In this document: one piece after another, positions 45,008 to 64,000 of the stretch
How the letters are laid out: each line of letters starts with the position of its first letter
Position numbering within the stretch: the stretch's first letter is position 1
From: Eledone cirrhosa
Taxonomy: Eukaryota
Length of the DNA stretch: 64,000 bases
Reading direction: 5' to 3'
NCBI GenBank assembly: GCA_964016885.1
Contig: OZ024751.1
Coordinates: forward strand, 52,700,001-52,764,000
Made by a program: the position numbers and the translations under genes
Notes under the pieces: generated by a model
Told to the model about the DNA's origin: nothing
Seen by the model: the letters and a program-made list of their open reading frames with translations, nothing else
Database searches by the model: none

Positions 45008-48000
45008 AAAATAAAAGCAAAAACAAAAACCATAACCTACATAAAAATAACCACTACCACAGTCACCAACAGTCTTCTAAACAGGAAACTTCTTCCTCTT
45101 TTTTAGCCATAATGAATCTGGCAAAAGAACTGGAAAAAAACATTGGAGCTATCACCCAGCACCACCCTCCACTATCACCCCACTGCACAAACTCCCATTG
45201 CTGCCATTAACAAACAAACAAATTAACAACACACCAAAACAATTAAAACCATCCACTCTCGCCTCTACATTTTTGCTTAACGCCCAAGGCATCAGCCCTT
45301 CCACCAATACTCAAAAATGGAAGATCAAATTCCTGGAGGACTGGATTGATGTCCATCCAAACCACATCCCTTTCTTCATCCTCACTGAAACCCATCTCAG
45401 TAACCTCCACTTGGAAGCCGAGGTGAAAGTGAAAAATTTCAAAGCCATCCGTGCTGATCGCGCTGGCAGAAGAAAGGGCGGAACTGCCATTTATGTCCAT
45501 AATTCTTTCTCAACAGAGGCTATGAACATATTCACTAATGGATACTGTGAAGCAGTCACTGTATTCAGTCAAACCAACAACCTATTAGTAGTTGGGCTCT
45601 ATAGGCCACCCCAAACGCCTGTACCATGCTTCAAGGAATGCCTCAACAGCATAAAGTGTTTCATCCAAGAGTGTCACCCTGACAACATCTTAATGATGGG
45701 GGACTTCAACCTCCCCGGAGTTAACTGGTCCACAAACAGCCTGCCACCAGGTTCTTCTGCCTCAACCTCTGACAGGGAAGCTGTGGAATCGCTTCTTGAC
45801 TTCATGGATGATTTCTTCCTATCCCAACTGGTGCTCGAACCAACGAGGTGCCACAAAAACGTCCTAGACTTAATTTTCAGCAATCACACTGACAATATCC
45901 ACAATATTGCAGTGGAGAAAACTCTACTCTCTGATCATGACATGGTTCTCTGTGATCTGAGATTCCACCGTCCAATATACAAACCCAATGTCATCTCTCT
46001 GTCCATCCGTTTGACGCTATGGATTTCCACAATGCAAACTGGGAAGCGATCAGTCATGATCTTGCACATGTCGACTGGTCCTTCACGCACACTCATACAC
46101 CCAATAACATCAAAAAGTCCTGGCAGACATTTGTGGACACTGTTACAAACATATGTGCTAAACACACCCCATTAAGAACTATAAACAAATCTAAGAGCAG
46201 AATCCCTAGAAATAGAAAAACGCTCATCAGAAAAATTAAGAGAACGAACAAAAAAATCAACAAGCTGAAATACTGTCAGCAGCAACACATCAACTTGACT
46301 GCCATTTCATCACTAGAGATTAAAAAACATAACCTCCAAAACAACATAATGTCCCTCATCAACAATCAGAGAAGAGCTGAAGAGGCCTGGGCCATTGAGA
46401 AGATCAAACTCAATCCCAAAGTGTTCTTTTCATTTGCAAAAAAACACAAAATCACTGGCTCTACTGTTGGCCCTCTAATTGATGAAAATGGCACTCTTCA
46501 AGACAATGCTAAAACCATGGGTGAGATACTGCAGAAACAATACTGCTCTGTTTTCAGCAATCCTGATATGGCCGATCTGGGCTGTATCGGCGATGTTACT
46601 CCCCATTACACCTTATCGGACATAACGTTTGGCGCCCCTGATGTCTTGGCGGCAATAAAGGAAATCAAGCATAATTCAGCAGTAGGTCCCGATAGGTTCC
46701 CTGCTTGTGTCTTGAAGGCGTGTCAACACCAACTTGCATCTCCTCTTGCCAATCTGTGGCGGAACTCACTGGATGCTGGATATGTGCCAGAAAACCTTCT
46801 ATCCCAGTCTGTTGTCCCAGTTTTCAAAAAGGGAAACAAATCCCTTGCCGTGAATTACCGTCCAATCTCACTCACCTCTCATATCATTAAGGTATTTGAG
46901 AGAGTGGTGAGATCGCGAATGACCCACTTCCTTGAGAGTAACAATATGCTGAACTCCAACCAGCATGGATTCCGTAATGGAAGGGATTGCCTGACGCAGC
47001 TACTGCATCACTTTGATGACATTTTGAGAGCCTTGGGAGAGGGTTCCAACACTGATGTTATCTACCTTGATTTCAGCAAGGCCTTTGATAGGGTTGATCA
47101 TAATGTTCTACTGAGAAAGCTGTCCAATATTGGTGTCACTGGAAAGCTGCTGCAGTGGATCAAGAGCTTCCTGTCAAACAGAACCCAACATGTTGTAGTT
47201 GAGGGAGTCAAATCAAGCCCAGCCAAAGTCAGTGGGGTCCCACAAGGCACTGTGTTGGGCCCACTTCTCTTCATCATCTATATTAATGACATCACTGACA
47301 TCATCAAACACAGCAACATTAAAATTTTCGCTGATGATTCCAAGCTCCAAAAGGTCATCAATGGCGTGGATGACCGGATAAGCCTTCAGTCAGACCTACT
47401 GGCTGTTACCCAATGGGCAGAAAAGAACAACATGTTACTGAACGAAGACAAATTCGAACTGATCCACTTTGGAAAAGAGGATGCTCTGAAACTCCCGTAC
47501 TCCCTTCCCTCCGGGGAAACTCTCGTGGCATCTAACAACATCAGAGACTTGGGAGTAAACGTGGACAGCAACATAAGCTGGACCACGCATATAAGCAGCA
47601 AAGTTGACATGGCCCGCAGAATGTGTTCCTGGATCCTCAGAACCTTCCAGTCGAGAGATTCCCGCACCATTATCCTTCTCTTCTCTACTTTCGCCCGACC
47701 ACACCTTGAATACTGTTGTCCACTGTGGTCTCCCCACACGAAACAAAGTATCATGAACCTTGAAGCTCCTCAAAGGGCAATCACGAAAAAGATAGATGGC
47801 ATGTCAGACCTTGACTACTGGGGTCGATTAGAAAACCTGAAACTTTACTCACTCCAACGTCGCCGTGAGCGTTATATTATCTGCATGATGTGGAAAATGT
47901 TCCATCATCACTGCCCAAATGATGTTGGCATCGCCTTCAAGATACACCCAAGGCTTGGGCCCCGTGCTATCCGTCCCATTCAAAAATCTAAATCGCAACT

Positions 48001-48301
48001 CATAACAACAATACGGCACAATTATTTCACCTCAATCGGCCCTGCTCTCTTCAACATCACACCAGGACACGTCAAAACAGAAACTGACCACACAAAATTC
48101 AAGAAGTCTTTGGACAAATTCTTCCAAGTAATCCCGGACAAACCACCCACACCCGGATATGTCTCCGCAAACAGTAATTCTCTTCTCGAATGGGCCATGG
48201 TGCCCAAATCCTGAATTGAAAGACTTCGCCAGGTGGTGCTGTTAAGTTAGACATGGCCTGGGCCAATACTGGCCAAAACATTTCAAAGTTATTCAAAGTT
48301 A
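45008..48301 (+). mobile_element. CR1-like LINE, near-complete ORF2
   Basis: APE and RT ORFs; 3' tail (TTCAAAGTTA)2. Confidence 0.92.
45198..48214 (+). pseudogene. CR1-like ORF2 (APE + RT), one frameshift near 45990
   Basis: LTETHL, YRPP, GDFNLP, LDLIF, SDHD; NYRPISLTS, YLDFSKAFDRV, SGVPQGTVLGP, FADD, RPHLEYC, YSLQRRRERY. Confidence 0.92.
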
Positions 48302-49915
<1,614 letters not shown>

Positions 49916-49976
49916 GCGGCGATGAATTAGTTTTGCGAGGTTTTTTATATGAAATCGTGTGTCGAAACAGATATTG

Positions 49977-51780
49977 TTATATTTGGGGAGGGTCATATTT
50001 GCGTAATATTGCCAGAATTAATAACAGAACACACTCACTGTTTGGTTGGTTTTCGCTTCTCGCTGTCTTTTATATATATATATCTGCGATCTAACTTACT
50101 CGGTCCTCAATGTTGCCATTGACTGACCGGCGGTCAAAAATAATACAGATACAATATAGACAAACACATATATATATAGTTTACATAAATCTTTCGTTGC
50201 ACATCTGCAACATCGTCAGTGGTGTTATATTCATTGTTCCTCCTGTTGTGTTGTATGTCTACGCCATTTTTTTTTTTGTTGTTCAGTCTGTCTATATATT
50301 TATTTATTTATTTGCTTGTTTGTTTATCTTATTTTATTTTGTCTTCTTTGCGCATGCGTTTGCGTGTGTGTATAGTGTTATGTGTGATGTGTGATGTGTG
50401 ACTAGTGTGTATAGTGTTGTCTGCTGGGTGACTAGTGTGTGTTTATGTGCTTGTGTATGTATTTATTTATCTTATTTTATTTAATTTAATTTACTTATTT
50501 ATTTATACTTCTCTTAGGTCAGTGTTGTTTGTTTGGGTGTTGTTGTTGTTCCACTCATTCTTTCTGTTTAGCTTTGGTCTTCTAATTTCTATTTCACTGG
50601 CCTCTCTGATTTGCCTATCTGCTGGGTCATTCCTATGTTTAGATATTATTCTAATTTCTATGTTGTCTATGTTACCGTCATGATGTTGTCTAGCATGTTC
50701 GTATAGTACTGACCCGTTTTTTCGTCCTTTTAGTTCCCCCCAGTGTTGGTCTATCCTTTCACCTATGCTACGAGCTGTCTCACCTATGTATGTTGTTGTC
50801 GTGTTTCTGCAAGTACCCTCTGTACATCTTATGCTATAGACTACGTTTCTAGTTTTACAGTTTATCCGGGGGTTCACCTTACATATGATACATTTCCTAT
50901 TGGTACAGTGGGTTTTCTTAAAAGGGTAGGTTTTGCTGATCAGGGATTTTATGGTGGTTCCTGGCTTTTCTACCACCTTTATTTTTAAGTGGGTCTTTCT
51001 CAGGGCCTTTCTACACTGGTTAGCTAATTTCCCTCCAGGGGTGGCGTCCACAAACATGACACTCTGATATCTCTGGTTGTCGTACCATGATGTGGCCTTC
51101 CCTATCTTATGTCTAGCCCTATCTAAGCTATTCCATGATTTGCTCCTGTATAGTGGGCAAATTCCTTTCATGTCCAGTTCTATGAGGGTCTTATACTTTT
51201 CCATGGCTCCTTCGTATACTCTGACTCTGTCTCTTTGGTTGTAGCCAGAGAACTGCATGCGGTTGATGAAGTGTTGGATGTGTCCTTCCATTTCTGTTGG
51301 GTCGCACATGCTGGACACATTCTTCATCACTCGTACCAAATCTGCGATCAGAATATTAAACTTAGCACTACTGGACATTGCTGAGTTTTTGAGTATCAGG
51401 TATTTGGAGGCCATGGGTTTAGCATAGTGTGAGTGGAGAATTTGGGCTCTCTCGTCTATAGTGTTAATCCAGAGTTCTGTGTCTAATACAGGTAGTCTAT
51501 TGTTAGGGTGTTTGGAAGGGAAGTCTATAGTTACAGTTATACTCTGGTGTATGGAATTAGCTATCTGCTGGATGCTTTCCATCGTGCTACGTTCTAAATC
51601 AAACTTGTTAGTGCTCTCTAGTGGGGGTGTTCTTATAACTATATTGATATCGTCTACATAACGAGAGTACATGATGAGGTCTATGGAGCTTTCATTAAGG
51701 AGATCTTTAAGTCTCCTTTCCCACCATACCATGAAAAGGTTGGCAACATCGCCAGCTATGCTGACGCCGATGGCTGCTCC
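49977..51780 (-). mobile_element. inverted arm of Penelope-like element (RT C-terminus, intact GIY-YIG, 3' region)
   Basis: Reverse complement of 53373-55182; ORF 50503-51732 with SRYVDD and NVVYSIRC..YIGET. Confidence 0.93.
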
Positions 51781-54700
51781 TAAACAATAACTCTGGGTAT
51801 AGAAATAACAGCCATAACCATAACAGCCATAACCATAACAATGGCAGGAAAGTGAGAAATAGTGGTAATGGTAATAATACTAGCGATAGACAGAACAACA
51901 ACAACCACAATAATAATAATAATAGAAACGTTAACCACAGACACAGCAACAGTGACCACAGTAATAATAACGGTAACAATACGAACAACAACAACAACAA
52001 TAACCACAGTGGTAATAATGGAAATAGTACATGTAGCAACATCAACAAAAACAAGAAACATAATAATAGTAACAACCACAATGGTAGAAATAGCAGTAAC
52101 AACAACAATAACGGTGAAGTAAACAACAATACATCTAGCAATCATAACAATAATAATATTAATGCTAAGGATAGAAACAACAACAACCACCATGATAACA
52201 ATAATAGCAACACACACAACTATGACGATAGAAATAACGACAACCCCTTAGAGAAACTATTTTTCAACCCAGCTGACAAAACATATAAGATGGGTAATAT
52301 CTATCCTACGAGGTTACCCTTTAATAAAAGAGTTTGCATACCACAACAAATAGATGACGAGACGGAGGCACAGTTCACCATAGCTAGAAATAAGATTAGA
52401 CAAGTAGTAGACAGGTACACTATGAGACAGAGCAGACCAGAGGCCCAACAACTTGGGATAAAACCTGTAGAAGGCTTGGTTAGCCTCAAGCAGCGCACAA
52501 GGGATGGTGAGGTAGTGTGTCTACCCACAGATAAGTCTGGTAGGATGTCAATAGATAGCATGCCGAACTACATCGAGGCAATGCAACCCCACATCACCAA
52601 CACGAGCGAAGTTGCACAACTAACACACGATGGGAGAGAAAAAATCCTCAACGCTCACATGATGATGTGGACTGACATCCTAAAGCCAAGCAGACGCACT
52701 GCCAACAACTTCCAGGCGTCTAACAATGGCATACCACCCTTGTATGGGCTCCGCAAAGACCACAAGACAGTCGACGACCCGACAATAGGACCACCAACAA
52801 GACCTGTATGCGGAGCTAATATAGCTAGCAACTACAGGATCTCCTACTTCCTCTCAATGGTTATACGCCCCATAATCAAGATGTCCCCAGATGTATGTGA
52901 AAGTACAGAGGACCTCCTCAGCAGAATCAGTGAGTGCAACAAAAACAGGAGCCTATCCAACTGCATAATAGGCAGCATGGATGTGGTGTCACTGTACCCA
53001 TCCATTAACATTGATTTTGCTGTGAAAAGATGTGTGGAGGTGATCATTGAGAGTGAGGTGGAGTTCTGCGACGTCGACACAGACGAACTGGGCCTCCTAC
53101 TTAGACTTACCTACGACACTGACTACCTAGACAGCCATGACCTTAGATGTTTCTGCCCTAGTAGACCTATAAGAGGTAGACCCCCCACCATAACCTCAAT
53201 GGCTAAAAAGACTCCCATAGGAAGGTGGATTGGGTGGACCAAAGCTATACGGACCCCCCAAAACACTGATCAGGTAAGAAAAATGGTCGCACATGCAATA
53301 GGGGCTAGTATCAAAACTACCCTAAAGGGCCACATATTTAAGTTCAATGAGAAAATCTACACCCAAAATGAGGGAGCAGCCATCGGCGTCAGCATAGCTG
53401 GCGATGTTGCCAACCTTTTCATGGTATGGTGGGAAAGGAGACTTAAAGATCTCCTTAATGAAAGCTCCATAGACCTCATCATGTACTCTCGTTATGTAGA
53501 CGATATCAATATAGTTATAAGAACACCCCCACTAGAGAGCACTAACAAGTTTGATTTAGAACGTAGCACGATGGAAAGCATCCAGCAGATAGCTAATTCC
53601 ATACACCAGAGTATAACTGTAACTATAGACTTCCCTTCCAAACACCCTAACAATAGACTACCTGTATTAGACACAGAACTCTGGATTAACACTATAGACG
53701 AGAGAGCCCAAATTCTCCACTCACACTATGCTAAACCCATGGCCTCCAAATACCTGATACTCAAAAACTCAGCAATGTCCAGTAGTGCTAAGTTTAATAT
53801 TCTGATCGCAGATTTGGTACGAGTGATGAAGAATGTGTCCAGCATGTGCGACCCAACAGAAATGGAAGGACACATCCAACACTTCATCAACCGCATGCAG
53901 TTCTCTGGCTACAACCAAAGAGACAGAGTCAGAGTATACGAAGGAGCCATGGAAAAGTATAAGACCCTCATAGAACTGGACATGAAAGGAATTTGCCCAC
54001 TATACAGGAGCAAATCATGGAATAGCTTAGATAGGGCTAGACATAAGATAGGGAAGGCCACATCATGGTACGACAACCAGAGATATCAGAGTGTCATGTT
54101 TGTGGACGCCACCCCTGGAGGGAAATTAGCTAACCAGTGTAGAAAGGCCCTGAGAAAGACCCACTTAAAAATAAAGGTGGTAGAAAAGCCAGGAACCACC
54201 ATAAAATCCCTGATCAGCAAAACCTACCCTTTTAAGAAAACCCACTGTACCAATAGGAAATGTATCATATGTAAGGTGAACCCCCGGATAAACTGTAAAA
54301 CTAGAAACGTAGTCTATAGCATAAGATGTACAGAGGGTACTTGCAGAAACACGACAACAACATAACATACATAGGTGAGACAGCTCGTAGCATAGGTGAA
54401 AGGATAGACCAACACTGGGGGGAACTAAAAGGACGAAAAAACGGGTCAGTACTATACGAACATGCTAGACAACATCATGACGGTAACATAGACAACATAG
54501 AAATTAGAATAATATCTAAACATAGGAATGACCCAGCAGATAGGCAAATCAGAGAGGCCAGTGAAATAGAAATTAGAAGACCAAAGCTAAACAGAAAGAA
54601 TGAGTGGAACAACAACAACACCCAAACAAACAACACTGACCTAAGAGAAGTATAAATAAATAAGTAAATTAAATTAAATAAAATAAGATAAATAAATACA

Positions 54701-55182
54701 TACACAAGCACATAAACACACACTAGTCACCCAGCAGACAACACTATACACACTAGTCACACATCACACATCACACATAACACTATACACACACGCAAAC
54801 GCATGCGCAAAGAAGACAAAATAAAATAAGATAAACAAACAAGCAAATAAATAAATAAATATATAGACAGACTGAACAACAAAAAAAAAAATGGCGTAGA
54901 CATACAACACAACAGGAGGAACAATGAATATAACACCACTGACGATGTTGCAGATGTGCAACGAAAGATTTATGTAAACTATATATATATGTGTTTGTCT
55001 ATATTGTATCTGTATTATTTTTGACCGCCGGTCAGTCAATGGCAACATTGAGGACCGAGTAAGTTAGATCGCAGATATATATATATAAAAGACAGCGAGA
55101 AGCGAAAACCAACCAAACAGTGAGTGTGTTCTGTTATTAATTCTGGCAATATTACGCAAATATGACCCTCCCCAAATATAAC
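51781..55182 (+). mobile_element. Penelope-like element, 5'-truncated; RT + GIY-YIG split by a 5-bp duplication
   Basis: ORF 51852-54365 (TDKSG, LYGLRKDHK, RPV, DVVSLYPSI, RYVDD) plus 54326-54655 (YIGET); Asn-rich N-terminus. Confidence 0.93.
54935..54975 (+). ncRNA. hammerhead-like motif in Penelope 3' region (mirror copy at ~50183-50223, minus)
   Basis: CTGACGA-t-GTTGCA-gatg-TGCAAC-GAAA; stems I and III poor. Confidence 0.5.
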
Positions 55183-56934
<1,752 letters not shown>

Positions 56935-57542
56935 GTCAGGTCACCACTTGGTGCTACTGGTAACATGTATCCCAGTACAACCTGTCTCATGGTCGGGTCG
57001 TTGGCGACTAAACTGGCAACCCCACCAAGGTTTCTTGGTGAGGAGGGTGACTTTGGACATCCTGCAGGACTAAAAACAAAACCTGTCGAAGGGCAAAGGA
57101 GCTCTTAAGAGTCAATGGCCATCCAAAATCACTGGGAGAGATGACCCCTTAGCCTTTGTCAAGGCAGAATTCTAAGAGAAGGAAAACTCTGATATAACAC
57201 CTGCAACCCTGATGGTATCCAATGATGTTGACTTGTTCTTCTTTTTGGTAAATATCATCTTGGTTAAGAGAGTGGGACTGGCTTTGTGCAGTGCCTTTGC
57301 TCACTATAAAAGCTTCACGGCACAGGCATTGCTTTATATCTGGAGATCTCTCTGCACTTGTCGTCACATGGTACCATGGGCCCAGCACTATGTGTCAATA
57401 ATTGTCACAAGTGTAGTGTTTGTCCCAGAATTTTCAAGTCGCTGGCTGGACTAAAAAGTCACACTCGTTCAGCGCATCGGTAGGGGTTCTCCTACATGGA
57501 TATAAAGTAGTGGCCGTACTCGAAAACGAGTTGGCAGCCACC
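56935..57542 (+). mobile_element. full-length non-autonomous RTE derivative
   Basis: Same termini as 32701-33308. Confidence 0.88.
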
Positions 57543-58687
<1,145 letters not shown>

Positions 58688-58698
<11 letters not shown>

Positions 58699-59403
58699 TT
58701 ATATATATACAAGTAAAAATTAGCGAGAATCGAATATAAGCCCATGAAATAACGAAAAAACACTTTTGAATTGTGAGGCGCTCAATAATTCAAATGAATT
58801 ACAGCTTACAACTTACGTTAAAGGCCAAACACACTGAGATGGTGGTTAAACTAATTATCCACACAGTGAAGATTCGATCTCCTATTTCGGGTCAAACAGA
58901 TATACAGATATAAAAATATGTGAAAGCATAAATGTTTTATACTCACCCGGACACCTGGAATGATGGTAAAGTCCAGTGTTGGGGTTTCTGCGGCTCCATA
59001 AGTCATTTACTGTCCACTTACATAAAGGATGTTAAGTTTCTCGTATCCTGACTGAACTAGGAGTACGCGTTATCAGTAGGATTCAGTTCGAAAGACCACA
59101 TAGATGTGTCTGTAACTGACCCCACGTGGGGTTCAGCAAGGGAGGCAACACCTAAATTAGGCGAATGAATTCATCTGTGTATAATATTGCGAAAATGCAA
59201 AATATCACAAATGGAATGAAGCTCTCGACAGAGTGGTTAAATATAACAAAGCTATTTGGCAGTCAATAGAATAGACCAAAACCAGTCAATAAAATTAACT
59301 GGCCAATAGCTAGACTCTAGAGATTAATACAAGTAAAAATTACTTTCGAATTGTGACGCAAGCGCTCAATAATTCAAATTAATTAGAGCTTACAACTTAC
59401 GTT
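58688..59403. repeat. unclassified element with imperfect terminal direct repeats
   Basis: TACAAGTAAAAATTA..GAATTGTGA..GCGCTCAATAATTCAAAT..GCTTACAACTTACGTT at 58688-58819 and 59328-59403. Confidence 0.55.
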
Positions 59404-59410
59404 GTATATG

Positions 59411-60396
<986 letters not shown>

Positions 60397-60397
60397 G

Positions 60398-60535
<138 letters not shown>

Positions 60536-60536
60536 G

Positions 60537-60659
<123 letters not shown>

Positions 60660-60660
60660 G

Positions 60661-63044
<2,384 letters not shown>

Positions 63045-63123
63045 TTACGCACTCTACTACCTCAAGTATTGAGTACTTTTGGTGCGTTATGGTCCACCTG
63101 GTTCCTTACCACATTTCCTTCGT

Positions 63124-63191
63124 TATATATATATACATATATATTATATATTTATATATATATACATATATATATACACATATATATATAC

Positions 63192-63222
<31 letters not shown>

Positions 63223-63318
63223 CATATATATAAACATATATATATATATACACATATACATACATATATAATATATATATATACATATATATAAACATAT
63301 ATATATATACACATACAT

Positions 63319-63399
<81 letters not shown>

Positions 63400-63497
63400 C
63401 ATATATATATATATATATGTTTATATATATGTATATATATATATATATGTATGTATGTATATGTGTATATATATATATATATATGTTTATATATATG

Positions 63498-63528
<31 letters not shown>

Positions 63529-63581
63529 GTATATATATATGTATATATATATATGTATATATATATGTGTGTATATATATG

Positions 63582-63626
<45 letters not shown>

Positions 63627-63769
63627 GTATATATATATGTATATATATATATGTATATATATATATGTATATATATATATGTATATATGTATATATATAT
63701 ATATGTGTATATATATATATGTATATATATATGTATATATATATATGTGTATATATATATATGTATATA

Positions 63770-63807
<38 letters not shown>

Positions 63808-63823
63808 TATACATATATATATG

Positions 63824-63856
<33 letters not shown>

Positions 63857-63881
63857 GTATATATATATGTATATATATATG

Positions 63882-63934
<53 letters not shown>

Positions 63935-63950
63935 GTATATATATATGTAT

Positions 63951-64000
<50 letters not shown>
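63124..64000. repeat. (TA)n tract running to window end
   Basis: direct reading. Confidence 0.97.

Noticed and set aside
51707-52217. Leu-rich and Val/Ile-rich membrane-like ORFs on the minus strand
   Set aside because: Antisense of the AAC/AAT-rich Asn tract of the Penelope ORF.
58941-59180. Minus-strand splice-like signals (GTGAGT, GTAAGT)
   Set aside because: No coherent reading frame; lies inside a direct-repeat-bounded element.

Overview
Eukaryotic, repeat-saturated DNA with no convincing host gene. The SINE and LINE-tail repertoire resembles octopod cephalopod repeats (inference, no search run). Roughly a third of the window is imperfect (TA)n/(TATG)n microsatellite, which produces all the YI/YM-rich ORFs. 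The tracts separate more than 35 retroelement pieces: at least six APE-RT RTE-type families, CR1-like LINEs, an R2-group restriction-like-endonuclease element, Penelope-like elements with hammerhead ribozymes, a ~608 bp bipartite non-autonomous RTE derivative (8-9 copies), tRNA-SINEs and two tiny Tc1/mariner-type MITEs. Four things stand out. (i) The TA tracts are strand-polarised, with A>G interruptions on the + strand, and each multi-copy family keeps a fixed orientation relative to that polarity. (ii) A twin-priming-type inversion carries a TA tract and the upstream element copy. (iii) There are at least eight fold-back or inverted-repeat structures, with arms from 10 bp to ~2 kb. (iv) Several hammerhead motifs are present. 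Together these suggest a microsatellite-seeded retroelement trap that may yield abundant dsRNA. Coordinates were read by eye and may be off by a few bases.
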